A stretch of DNA of 63,906 nt, filler included, from Atractiella rhizophila (lineage: Eukaryota): the NCBI GenBank assembly GCA_021432655.1. It is 9 parts of 9 records of this genome, joined end to end, with 100 filler letters (N's around TTAATTAATTAA, not from the genome) between each part and the next. Parts side by side here need not be neighbours in the genome. Positions count along the whole stretch, not along the records: positions 7,902 to 15,674 come from MU272196.1; positions 15,775 to 23,532 come from MU272197.1; positions 23,633 to 31,338 come from MU272198.1; 6 more parts are not named here. One strand, 5' to 3'. The notes beneath the pieces are model-generated. The model did not search any database and was not told where the DNA came from. It was given only the letters and a program-made list of their open reading frames with translations. How positions within the stretch are numbered: position 1 is the first letter of the stretch; each line of letters begins with the position of its first letter. The position numbers and the translations under genes were made by a program. This document shows, in pieces, positions 13,711 to 28,425 of this stretch.

Positions 13711-14469
13711 ATGGCTCCCAATACCAAACAAGTAGCAGACAAGTTTTACGGGCGAAAAGGTTAGCTTTCCTCGTCATCTGTGGAAAAAGATATCGGACTG
13801 ATTTTTATTCGTTAGACATTTCGCTCCATGCAGCCAAGGTCGTCCAGCAGTTGTTCCCAAGCAATGTCAGCTCATCATCAGCCGGATCTACATCATCAAA
13901 TCCTTCACCAGCACCATTAGCGGAGTGGTACGCGTATGTCCTCTTTCGGACAGCGCTTCCAAATGCAACCATCTTCCACGCTCTCTACCTCCTTCAACGG
14001 TTATCGCACACATTCGTCGTCGACGAAACCGTACCCTCGCCGCCGGTGTTACAATATCAACTGCTCTACTCAGCTACCATTCTAGCTACCAATTATCAGA
14101 TGGATGATTGTACGTTCCGGTTTGTTCATCAGAGAATGCAGGATGCTGACAATGAAACGAATAGGCTACTCCAATGCATCATGGTCCATCGCATCCCGCT
14201 CACTGTTCTCTCTCGAACAAACAAACATCATGCAAATGACAATGTTCGAAAACCTCGACTTCTCCCTCCACATCGACCCTGAAGAGGTCGAAGCCCTCGA
14301 ACTGGATTGGGAACGGGAGCGCCTCCTGGCAAAAGAGAAAGTGAAAAAGCTAGCTTTCAACCTGGCATGGGCGACCCGGCGCCCGTCCGATGAGAAGATC
14401 CAAGTGAAGGAGGGGAGGTCACGGTCTGGTTTGGAACTTGCTAGAGTCCCGTCAATACGCGGTTTCTGA
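13711..14469 (+). CDS. Divergent PCL/Pho80-like cyclin-fold protein, 3 exons
   Basis: MAPNTKQVADKFYGRK-DISLHAAKVVQQLFP...PLAEWYAYVLFRTALPNATIFHALYLLQRL...ILATNYQMDD-YSNASWSIASRSLFSLEQTNIMQMTMFENLDFSL resembles the basidiomycete cyclin-N pattern (AL.LLQRL, DD.YSN.SW). TATAAAA at about 13591. Confidence 0.78.
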
Positions 14470-14737
14470 ACAGTTGGTTGAGAGTAGTTAGATGTTTATT
14501 CGCATTTCGTGCTATGTTGTTTAATTGATTGTAATAAAACGTCCACCATTGGCTGTAAACTGCTGCTCATTGCTACACAATGACGAACCTGCTCAATATT
14601 TTCGGACCAAGAATCTCAACAATTGGAGTTGGTCGCTACTTGCGAGGACATTTAAGCACGCCGCCAACCAGAACAAGCAAGAGAAGTAGAAGACCTGAGA
14701 CAGAGAGGTGGTTGTCCGTAAGCTTCAATCCTCAAGC

Positions 14738-15674
14738 TTATTGTTCTTCGATGACGTTCACCTCTTGCGTCTTAAAAGCAATCTCCTTCGCGAGCTTCCT
14801 GAAGACACTATTTTCTCGCTTGAGGAGCTCTTTTGGTGACCTGTATATCGCTCTAGGGTGCTGTACTAGAGTGCAAATAAACGTACCCGTATTCCGCTAG
14901 CTCCCCATTGTCCAGGACAAGTATCAAATCGTCCTCGATTAGGGTCGATATTCTGTGGGCTATGGTCAAGGTTGTGCAACCGTCGAAAGAGTCCTTCAGC
15001 CTTCAGAGAGTTCTGTTAAATGTTCTCAAAAGGAAAGAGAAAACGTACACTCTCTGGACCAGCGTCTGAGTTTCATGATCGATCGAACTTGTCGCCTCAT
15101 CAAAGCAAATGATGCGCTTTCCGCTTTAACAGAGATGTTAACAATACGGCTATAAAGATGGAGGAAGGCCAAACAAACCTGATCAGCGATCGAACAAGCG
15201 CCAACAATTGCCCTGAGAGGAACTTGAGCTCCAAACTTTAAACACAGAATACGTACTTTGACCGCGTGATAAAGTTCCACCTTCGCCAGTGATAGGTGTG
15301 TCCAACTTTTGCGGCAGTTCTTCGACAAAGTTTTTGAGTTGGGCAGAATCTAGAGCTTTCCAAATGTCTGCGTCAGATGACTGACTTTCGATGTCGAGAT
15401 TTTCTCGTAAGGTGGTATCCAACAATAGCGGGTCTTGTGGGATGACACTCATGCTGGAGCGAAGAGCTCGTTTCGATATCGTAGTGATGTCGACATTATC
15501 AACTGAGAGAATTGTAAGGGAAGCATAGGAGAGAATAGAAGGCTGCACTTAGGATCTTTCCGCTCTCCAGTTCCTGTAGCCTGAACAAGGCTGCGAACAG
15601 ACTCGTCTTGCCTACTCACACCGTCAGAGCTTCAACGCAGAACATGGTGCCCGAACCTGCTCCTGTTCTCCCAC
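14738..15674 (-). CDS. ABCC/MRP-type ABC transporter, C-terminal NBD2 fragment (5' truncated)
   Basis: GRTGAGKTSLFAALFRL (Walker A split by an intron), LRSSMSVIPQDPLLLDTTLRENLD, LSRGQ signature, FDEATSSIDHET, TLTIAHRISTL. An apparent 1-bp frameshift lies near 15120. Confidence 0.92.
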
Positions 15675-16415
15675 NNNNNNNNNNNNNNNNNNNNNNNNNN
15701 NNNNNNNNNNNNNNNNNNTTAATTAATTAANNNNNNNNNNNNNNNNNNNNNNNNNNNNNNNNNNNNNNNNNNNNATGCGGGCAAACTTCCCTCCCCAGCC
15801 CAGAAATTCCTGAAGACGCATTCGGGGACCGAAGCCGCTCGCGCACATGACTGCCTACCTCGTTTCCAAAAAGTAGCTTTCGTATGCAACGAAGATAAAT
15901 TTATCCACTCCCGACTCGAGGTCTCGGGTCACCGCCGTGCTGTCTCTAGAGGTTGGGCTGTCTGCCACTCGAAGATTGATGAACGTTGCCAGGTGAGTCG
16001 GAATTGGAATGTCAGTCAGAACATTCGGCTGGACTCGTCATTCAAGTCAAAACCAAAGGTTGATTCAGACCAATGTCAGGCAAAGGTGAAAGGAACGAGT
16101 ATTATTCAAGGGAGACGTTAAGAGCATGGATATCGTATTGCATCTCCAAAACATGAAGGCAAGGTACGTGTTCGGACTCGGATGGGGTAGAGAGCGGGAT
16201 GGGGTTAACTGAAGGAGAGCGGAGCACAAGACGACGATGGCCGTCTTGCGTTCCATCGCCGATGTGTAAAAAAAGGTAAGGAAGACAACGTTGAGAAAAT
16301 CTGAATGAAGAAACTAATGGTGTGGGATACAATTAATGGTAGGGCTAAGTGGGGAAAGTGAAAAACGCATGAAACCACATTCCTAGATAGTGAAGCGATG
16401 TAGAGGCAAAATAAA

Positions 16416-17499
16416 TTACAAGAGGCCTGCCAGGACTCATCAATAAAGATTCTGGGGGGAGAGAAAGGCGACGTACCTGATTCCCTGAGGTTTTGCTGGA
16501 TGATCGTATCGTTAACCGCAGACAGAACGAACTTGATCTGAGTCGTATCGGTGGCACCTATTTGACCGCTGAGCTTTACCAACAAAAACCGAAAGAAAAC
16601 AAACAAGTCAAATGGCAATAGATCTGTTTAGTTGGGCTCTGATTCAGCGCCACGAACCTTCCGGTGAAGTAATCGCAGGCGGCTTGGAGGTCTTGACCGC
16701 CCTGGTAGTCAGGGAAGAAAGGTTCGATGGGAGACCGCGGGAGCTTCTCCTTGAACAGATCGATCTTGTTCAAGAAGAGGATGATTGACGTCCGCACGAA
16801 CCACCGGGAGTTGCAAATCGAATCAAAGAGGACCAAAGACTCTTGCATCCGGTTAACGCTCTCGTCCTCGTACAGCTGTTGATCGTATTCCGAAAGAGCA
16901 ACCAAGAAAATAATAGCCGTCACATTCTCAAAGCAGTGAATCCTGTGTGACAACTCGTAAGCGCAGAGCTCGTGACAATGCGACGGAGGAAGAATACTCA
17001 CCACTTCTTACGCTCGGATCGCTGTCCTCCGACATCGAACATCCGGTACTTCAGCTCGCCAATCTGGAAGTGGGTCTCCGTGATACCAGTTGTCTTGACA
17101 CGCGAGCGCAGCACGTCTTGATCTGATGGTAAATAATTGGGAGAGCCTATCCGTTGGATAGAGTCGAAGTAGCTTTTAGAAAAGTTAAATTCGGGCACGA
17201 ATAAGCTTTGGGTGGGGAATGCTCACTATTGTGCGGAGTCGTTGAGCTGGAACTCCCTTGACCTCTCAAAGGCTTTCCGGACCCCAGAATCGTTCCACAA
17301 ACCATAAATCGCCTTCACCATTGCCATGAGAGGGGTTACGATGCCCGGGAAATGCGCGAGAAGGACTGACCTGTGCCACCTTTGGATCAAGGGTATCGCC
17401 CTCAATCTGGTGAGGCAAGCCCATGATGACGTTTGCCAACTCCTGAGATCCAGGATTGGTGAGGTTGATACCCATCATTTCCATAGCATCGAGGATGAC
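16416..17499 (-). CDS. Heterotrimeric G-protein alpha subunit, fungal group I (Gpa1/Galpha-i-like); 5' exons lost in the gap
   Basis: [81 protein letters not shown]. Spliced C-terminus is NLRESGLL*. Confidence 0.96.
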
Positions 17500-19275
17500 C
17501 TATTCGAGGCATTCTAAGTTNNNNNNNNNNNNNNNNNNNNNNNNNNNNNNNNNNNNNNNNNNNNNNNNNNNNNNNNNNNNNNNNNNNNNNNNNNNNNNNN
17601 NNNNNNNNNNNNNNNNNNNNNNNNNNNNNNNNNNNNNNNNNNNNNNNNNNNNNNNNNNNNNNNNNNNNNNNNNNNNNNNNNNNNNNNNNNNNNNNNNNNN
17701 NNNNNNNNNNNNNNNNNNNNNNNNNNNNNNNNNNNNNNNNNNNNNNNNNNNNNNNNNNNNNNNNNNNNNNNNNNNNNNNNNNNNNNNNNNNNNNNNNNNN
17801 NNNNNNNNNNNNNNNNNNNNNNNNNNNNNNNNNNNNNNNNNNNNNNNNNNNNNNNNNNNNNNNNNNNNNNNNNNNNNNNNNNNNNNNNNNNNNNNNNNNN
17901 NNNNNNNNNNNNNNNNNNNNNNNNNNNNNNNNNNNNNNNNNNNNNNNNNNNNNNNNNNNNNNNNNNNNNNNNNNNNNNNNNNNNNNNNNNNNNNNNNNNN
18001 NNNNNNNNNNNNNNNNNNNNNNNNNNNNNNNNNNNNNNNNNNNNNNNNNNNNNNNNNNNNNNNNNNNNNNNNNNNNNNNNNNNNNNNNNNNNNNNNNNNN
18101 NNNNNNNNNNNNNNNNNNNNNNNNNNNNNNNNNNNNNNNNNNNNNNNNNNNNNNNNNNNNNNNNNNNNNNNNNNNNNNNNNNNNNNNNNNNNNNNNNNNN
18201 NNNNNNNNNNNNNNNNNNNNNNNNNNNNNNNNNNNNNNNNNNNNNNNNNNNNNNNNNNNNNNNNNNNNNNNNNNNNNNNNNNNNNNNNNNNNNNNNNNNN
18301 NNNNNNNNNNNNNNNNNNNNNNNNNNNNNNNNTATATGAGCGACTTGCAACCCTAACCCTACTTCTTCTTGGGTAGTAACGGGGTTTAACTTCGCAAGGA
18401 GACACGACCTTCTGTTTCGGTAGCGAACACAGACAGCAGTAAGACGACGACATATTTGGACAGCAGTTAGCTATGTAGATAAGTCCCTAGGGAAACAATG
18501 TCTTGAAAAGTCTGGAAGATCGAGTCGAATCTGTGGAAAGAAGAAAGAACCTCGTTCCTCGTTTAGCTGGTGTTAGCACAGGGAACGAGGAACGGGACGG
18601 CCGACTTTGCATACAATATGTTCATTTGGACTCTTCTAGAAGAGGTGCATCGTTAACGGTGAGACGTGAGATGGTTGTTTGATTTCAGAAACCGACAGAC
18701 GGAGTAAGAGCTGGTCTGCTTCTATCTCTCATATATGATGAGAGCCGCTGCTACGCAGTTCCTTTGGAGTGATCGCAGGACAGAGCTCACACCACGTCTT
18801 ACTTTTGGTATCGCCCATGGTTCACTCTAGCAACATGCCATAAACTTGAACGGCATATAAGGGAGCTCACAGTCTGGACATCTTGCTGCAATAAATGTGA
18901 TTCTGTTGGTCACTTCTCGTTAGCCTCTCCCTTAACTGAGCTTGCCTTGTTGATCCTTCATTGGATGCTCCGCTCCTCGACTCGATCAACTTCGCCAGTC
19001 AGAGCTTCCTCACCCTTCTATTCTCGTAACGTAGCCTTATCCCTGGCCTTACCGGGCAAGAAGATATTCCACAACGCACATTATTCGCAAAGAGGCCTTG
19101 CTGAGTCTTGATAAACGAGTCATCGCATCCTGTGGCTGATTTTCGGGAAGAAGTCGTGAATGCGGCACGTGCGTCGTTACAATAAAACTTGGCCACGCAG
19201 CGCGCCGTTCCCGGCTTTCTCCATTCTTCACGCTCAGCCTCACTTTCCTCATCCACAACACCACCCAGAACACCC

Positions 19276-20950
<1,675 letters not shown>

Positions 20951-21693
20951 ATCAATCCTTGTGTAGACCATCCTTCACGGTATACGCGGATTTCAAAAGT
21001 AATAATATCGCTCTGATTTATCCCTTTCAAGCCCAAATCTGGTTCCCATCGCCCAGTGGATTTGAGAGATGTCACAGTGAGTGAAATCGAAAATGCATGT
21101 TGCAATTGCATCGACGAATTGGTTGGATAAAGTATAAATGCCGACCGTTTGATCAAAATGGGGGGACCGAAAGAGAAGTCTTCAAGTTAACCTTTTATCA
21201 TCGTGAGAAGAGAACCGGAACGTAGGAAAGCTTATTGGGAAAGAACCATCAAGTAAACACTTGCACCAAATGAAGAGGAATCAAGATAAGATGCTGGGAC
21301 GGGTAGAACGCTGGGTAGGGGATTCGTGAGATGTTAGCTTCCACTATTGTTAAGGGAAGGGGGGAAATAAAATGGGATCAAGGTGTCTAGGAAATCTGGA
21401 GACTCAGGCATAAGATTTCAACCAGCAGCGGAGGGAGTCATGACTAGAACCAGTCAATATAATAAGGCCGAGATAACAGGGAGACGAGATGGTCAGTATG
21501 AGGTAGATCAAGACCGACGAATTCAAAGGAAAGAAAGCAAGCAAAGGATGAGAGAGCCGAGTTTCGTTAGGCGGGTATATAGGATCTCTTCAATCGTCGC
21601 GTTGCATAAAGTATCGTATCATCGCCATCGTAGATCTCACAAGTCAACACTACTTCTCAATTGTTGTCGACATCATGCACAAAATGCAACCGT

Positions 21694-22645
<952 letters not shown>

Positions 22646-23660
22646 GATTGTTCCTCCTCAAATTTCACTGCGTATTGTAAATGTAAGTTATCACGAAACT
22701 GTTCGTGGCTGTCGTAAACGTGGTACCTGGATCGAACTGTGGCGGTCTGTCGATTGTTGGGGACGCTTTGAGCTGCTGGAGCAGGGAATTGGGATTGTTG
22801 CCGCACTGCAGGAAGAAGGCGATAGGAGCTCTTGGTCGTTGTGAGACAGTCGGTTCGTCAGTCAAACTTAGTGTGAACCCGCAATTGTTAAAGTGATACG
22901 ATCACTTCTTTCTTGCATCTTGCCACAAATGGTTCAATGCACCTTCCATTGCTTCAGAACAAGGAACTGAGCTATCCCCATGTGGAGTTGTGTTCATAGA
23001 ATCAAAGCAATTGTTCGAGGAAGATGCTAGCTCAGCTCGCCTGAGCAACAAAGGCACAGGGCCCGATTTCCCTTCTAACTTTCATTACCCCTTCACTCTG
23101 CTTCTACTTCCCTTCCTCAACATCTTAAATTCAACTCCTTCAAATTTCGGAACCCGTCTCTGAGGCATGAGATCGATGAACAACAGGTTATCCATTGATA
23201 CTAGCATTTGGACGAGTCATTGGAACCTGTGCCGCATATCTCAGTCACACACAACGCACAAGGAAGAGGCTTATTAGCCTTCTTCTCTATGCGGCATGCG
23301 AAGGGTCGACCTCGACCTTCGTTTTCCGTTTCCCTCTCGCCACCCACTCCTCCCATCTCATCGACATCGCTTCAATCCCGAGCTCCTTCCTCAACTCACC
23401 GAGATCTTGCTCCCACCGTTCCTCCCAGTATACACCCATTAAACTGCGTGCGTTTCCGCCGGCTCTTATGGCCCAGGGAACGTACGTCTTAAACAGACGT
23501 TCCCGTCGCTTCGCACTTTTGAGGCGGAGAGGNNNNNNNNNNNNNNNNNNNNNNNNNNNNNNNNNNNNNNNNNNNNTTAATTAATTAANNNNNNNNNNNN
23601 NNNNNNNNNNNNNNNNNNNNNNNNNNNNNNNNCTTATTCAGCACATCAAGCGTTATCTCT

Positions 23661-24998
23661 GTGCATGAACCATTATTGATCAGAAATGCATGCGCAGTGA
23701 ATAGTCGCCTTAAACGGACGGACACCCAATCTACCTGCTTTAGACTTGGAGACCTCCCACCGGAACTGCAGTTGCGTGTTGTGGAGCACCTGTACTTTTC
23801 CAGGATTGCTGGCTCGACATTCGACCTCCTCGCTTTTAGCCTTGTTTCCAGGCGGTTGCGGTCGCTCGCCATCCCTTTTCTTTTCGAGACAATATCTATC
23901 CAGGTCCCCAAAGAACTTACTGTGGAGCCTTTGGCCAACGTTCTCCCTCCCACTTGTATACTTGCCGCCCAAAGAGTCATCGTTCGTTTGGAGAGGTTGT
24001 GGACAGCTCAGTATCTCCGCCATCGACTGTCAGAGTTTCTACATTTCCCCGACAACAATATACGAGATGTAAAGATTATTACGGGCATGACAACAAGCAT
24101 ATTAGGAGGTGGCATCAATACCGAGGTGATCCTGCAACAACTGATGCTCGTGATCCAATGTTCTCCTTCCGTACATCTTTTGGCGCTCGAAAACGAGGGC
24201 ACTAATGGTTTTGGCCTTTTCAATCATTGCTTTGGGAGCATGCAGCAGCGATTCACGCTGCATACTCTAGTTCTCAAATCGCCATGGTTCACTGACTGGG
24301 CAGACATCGTCGCTGCTTTTCCATTACTTCAGACGTTGATACTTCACTGCTGCGAACTGCTCGCTCAGCTGGACCCTTACCCCACCTTCCCACCCTTACG
24401 AAAGCTAGAAATCATTCGCGTCCGAGCGCCGAACCAACCGGGTTGGCTCTCGATGACCACGCTGCAAGAGCTTCTGTCCACTGTTTCCTCTTCGCTCGAA
24501 ACACTGTCTATTCGTCACTGCCTCATCACTGACGAAACCAAGCGAGACGACACTCCAGCAGTGTTGGGTAACCTGAAGAAATTGAACAGGTTGGAGCTCT
24601 TCGAGATTCAACGATTCTACGTCGATATTCTGCCAATCGACGTAATTCTCGAACGATTTGCAGCCTCCACGACCACGGTACTTGTCCTGGAGCAACTTGT
24701 CCAGTTTCCTGAACCTGATGTGACTATCGAGTATCCATGGGCAGTTGCATTCCCAAAGAGCGAAAGGCCAACAGATTTCGAGTTTCAGTCAACCACCAAT
24801 AAAGCCGAGCTCTGGGCGTATGCTCTGCATTTGATAGCGTACCAAAAACGACGAGGCGATTGGAAACTTCTACAGGAAGTAGTTCTGGGATCTCAAATAA
24901 GCGCGACGGTTTGGGGTGACGGGGATCACACCGCAGTGAAGTACATTCCAGTATTGAAAGAGTTGGGTATCCACGTTCGCACTAATAAACAATTATGA
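23661..24998 (+). CDS. Intronless F-box-like protein with an LRR-like body; start codon uncertain (no in-frame ATG before the F-box)
   Basis: FRLGDLPPELQLRVVEHL...SLVSRRLRSLAIPFLFETI, repeated LxxLxL motifs, C-terminal LKELGIHV. Confidence 0.75.
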   Translation: MHEPLLIRNACAVNSRLKRTDTQSTCFRLGDLPPELQLRVVEHLYFSRIAGSTFDLLAFSLVSRRLRSLAIPFLFETISIQVPKELTVEPLANVLPPTCILAAQRVIVRLERLWTAQYLRHRLSEFLHFPDNNIRDVKIITGMTTSILGGGINTEVILQQLMLVIQCSPSVHLLALENEGTNGFGLFNHCFGSMQQRFTLHTLVLKSPWFTDWADIVAAFPLLQTLILHCCELLAQLDPYPTFPPLRKLEIIRVRAPNQPGWLSMTTLQELLSTVSSSLETLSIRHCLITDETKRDDTPAVLGNLKKLNRLELFEIQRFYVDILPIDVILERFAASTTTVLVLEQLVQFPEPDVTIEYPWAVAFPKSERPTDFEFQSTTNKAELWAYALHLIAYQKRRGDWKLLQEVVLGSQISATVWGDGDHTAVKYIPVLKELGIHVRTNKQL

Positions 24999-25111
24999 CA
25001 TTCTACGTTCATGCTCTGTTCTATCGATCATTATTTCGAAGTGGGTATGCAAATTCAGTTGAGTCTAAGTAATGTAGCAGTGGTGGTTACATATACCAAT
25101 AGTGATGCTCC

Positions 25112-28100
25112 TCAGACATCTAACAATGACAACGTTGCCCACATGTAGATAGGGATGACAATATTATCGTTCTGATTTGAAGTGGCCTCCAAGAGACCCG
25201 CAAGAACGACTGCTAATAGATACTTAGTTGCCTATCCCGTTTGCGTCAGCGTGTGCGCGGAATGAGACTTGTACAAAAGGGGAGGCGTACACTAAAGTAT
25301 TCCACCAATCCAAAAAAACGAATTAAAAGTGCAGCAAAATGAACGGAGAGCACGAAGGCGATGGTGCCTTCGACAGTTTTTGAGGTTCCAGGCCAACGAA
25401 GTCGACCAATTTTGCGACCTACAATCGACGCCTAATCATTCATTCGTCAGATACCTTATACACAAGACGAGGAGAGAATGTAGAAAATTGTACCAAAGCG
25501 TCGCCGACACCGAGGACTAATAAGCCAGTGTACTGCTTTATCCCGTTCCCTTCCAGCCACAACGCTCCCCCGCATCCTGTGAGAAGGAAGAAATGGCTCA
25601 TGATGACTGGTCCGGCATCTTTTGCGTCCACGAACTCAGCGAAGAAGACGTGCATGGCTCCTCCTATCGGATATAGAGCGAAGTACCGTGCATACTCAGC
25701 GAAAGTGAAGATGGAGAAAGCGAGGGAGAAGGCGAGGGAGGTAAATGCGGGCTGTTCAAAGTAAGCATATGAGTTTGTCTGATTTTGTAAGAGGGAGGGA
25801 CGCACATCTACTGCGATCCCTGGCGCAAAGAGAGCGACAGCGAGAGCATGAAAGAACTTTCTCCTGAGATTGAGGCTGACATGTCCCCTCCTCTCGAGCG
25901 CGTCCTTTCCCTCTCCATCCTTCGAAGTCGACGCATTGACGCCCACACCGGCTCTCCGCATCTTCTTCATCTTCGCAAACTTGCTCTGCCACCCTCCAAC
26001 GGCGAGGATGACGACAGCAGCCCAATAATAAACCAACATGATCCTCTTCCACCTCGTCCACCCAATCCCGCCCCTCTCCCCGTCCCTCTCCGCCCCATCG
26101 CTCCCCAAAAACACCCACTTGAGGACCCAAGCCCAAGGTCTGAGCAAGGAGATTCCACGGCCGAGGATCCAGCCTTCCCAGAGTCCGAGGACGAGGAAGA
26201 CGATGAGGACGAGGCCGAGGTAGACGCCGGCGGCGAAGAGCTTGCGCATCCTCTCCCTCTCCGACGGCGTGCTCTTCAGCCGGTACGACCGCTGTTGCCC
26301 CAAGTGTCGGGACATGATGAGCATGGGCGCGAGACAGAAGCCGATGAAGAAGGAGCCGGGGATGAGCATGTGTTGGAAGGATACAAGTGCGGTCGGGTTT
26401 CGGAAGAGGGAGGGGACGTGAGGGTGGCCTCGGGGGAAGTACCACTTTGGGATCGCTCTTCGTTAGTATATGCTATTGCGGATTGGGGGAGGGGGGGGGA
26501 CGCACTCGAGAGATAGAAAGCCGTATGAATTCGATGAACAAAGCGTTTCCGGTCCCACTCACAATGCTCAGCTCGCCGAGAGTGAAGCCCCGTCGGGCTA
26601 ATCGAGAGATCATATAATGGCTCGACTGATAGACGAAGCTGCTGAGGGCTGCTTCCCACGGACGAACGTGAAACAGCCTCCATGTGTGTTCGCCCATCGC
26701 CCACAACAATGCGCCTACGAGGGCGGAGATGCCGATCGAGAGCGTGTTGGCGCCGAACCACCTCCGGGTGTTACTTCGAGAGATGACGGATGGGAGGAGG
26801 AAGAAGGAAGCGAGGGAGATTTGGAAGGCGAGAGTGAGAGAAGAAATGAACATGATCCCTAACAGAGATGCTCTACCTTCCAAGAGCGGGTCGGCGGAGG
26901 AGATGGGGGGTTCAGCAGACTGGGTTATGGATGCGAAACCTTGAGCGAGCCAGATTTCGGGAAGCGTGGATAGGCCAGGAAGAGGGGGAGTGCGGTCTCG
27001 AAAGGTGTCCCAGTAGCAGCCTCCGGCGAGTAGGATGGGCATGGCGAAGCTGAACATGCTCCCATCATCTGCCAGCTTCGCGGAGCGATAACCGCGTTCA
27101 TCGGTGAAGGGAACCATGAGGTAGGAGTCGGGAGTGAGTCGAACGATAGAGATTAGGAAGACAAAGAGAGAACAGAATGCGAGAAAGCTCGGAGGGAGCG
27201 GAGATGCTGGGAGGGTAGAGAAACGATAGACGAGAAGGGTGAGGGAGAAGCAGAGAATGAGTGTGGAAGGGACGAGAGAGAACCTGAAATAGAGCCTGAG
27301 CGACTTGGCGCTGTCTTGCTTTGCTTCCACGCAAGGCTCTTTCTGAACCTCCATCGATGACCCTCGACGAGCTTGTAGCTGAGCGTCATCCCTGGAGGTT
27401 CTTGGATGGCTAGGGAGAATAGGAGACTGGCTGCGCTTGATGGTTTCCCTAGGAAGTTTGAGAGGAGACCTCGATCGCTTGGACCCTCGTGCCTTCTCCT
27501 TCTTGCCTACTCTGCCCTCTCTCTCTCCTCCGCCACCGAAAGAGTAAGGGGACGAGGAGATACTGTTCTGAAACTCCGAGACCATGCCTCCGAGAGTCGA
27601 CTGCAACCCGGGCTTTCGATCGGGCACCTTCCTCTCCACGAGGAGCTCATGAACAGACGTGCGCTCCTGCCGCTTAGGGGTCGGAGTGGGCGAAGGGCGT
27701 CTTGGAAGGGGCTCTGAAACCTGTACGGAAGGTTCTATCGGCGTGACAATGGTTGGCGGCGGCTTGAGGAACTTGACAAAGCTCGCGTTGAGCGGAGCAG
27801 CAAGGTCTTCGAACTTCCACTTTCCCTCGATCCCATCCTCGTCCAACGCACCAGGTGCCTCCTTCTCATCAGCAGTCGCCTTATCCTCCTCCTCCTCCTC
27901 GCTGTCAGAGAAGCCCTCGGTGCCATAGTTCGTCTCTGAATTACTAGCGAAACTGCTCGTATTCCCAACATCCCTCTCCCTCCCCTTCCCCTTCTCCTTC
28001 CCCTTTGCCCTCTTCAAAGCCCTATGCGCCGCCTTAGGAGAGCTGTCAGGGGACGACCTTGTGCTGCTGAGCTGGTTGTAGAGCTTGGAGTACGAGCTGA

Positions 28101-28242
28101 GGATTGGATCGAGCGAGTGGAGGACTGAGGTGGCTGAAGCGGTGGAAATATGGGGCGACGAGCGCGCGGAGGCGTTCTTTGACGTGGAAGGGGAACTCGC
28201 CCGTGACTGGGACAGCGCGTAGAGCGACTCTGGTAGTGCCAT
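25112..28242 (-). CDS. SEC59: Dolichol kinase (Sec59/DOLK family) with a long disordered N-terminal extension, multi-exon
   Basis: [81 protein letters not shown]. Multiple TM segments. Stop TGA at 25112-25114. Confidence 0.9.
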
Positions 28243-28345
28243 CGCCTTCGCCTTCGTAGATGCAATGAGGTGGTTGGGGAGCGGCAATACCTGATACCAC
28301 GAGGAAAAGCGACAAAAAAATATTGGGTCATGCACCAAAAAGATG

Positions 28346-28425
28346 ACCTCCTGCCCGGATTCGAACCGGGGTGATGAGAAAGTCTGAAATCAGAATCTCA
28401 GATGCTACCGCTACATCACAGAAGG
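28346..28425 (-). tRNA. tRNA-Gln (anticodon CTG) with a 9-nt intron
   Basis: Reverse complement folds: acceptor CCTTCTG/CAGGAGG, D arm, anticodon stem TGAGA/TCTCA with loop TT-CTG-A-[TTTCAGACT]-T, T arm CCCGG-TTCGAAT-CCGGG. A TTTTT Pol III terminator follows. Confidence 0.92.

Noticed and set aside
15110..15125. Frameshift in the ABC transporter (and two in the metacaspase) as pseudogenisation or programmed frameshifting
   Set aside because: All are single-base indels in short homopolymers within otherwise intact conserved genes; most likely sequencing errors.
25756..26516. Long alternative-frame and antisense ORFs over dolichol kinase
   Set aside because: Shadow ORFs of a GC-rich coding region, with no recognisable domain.
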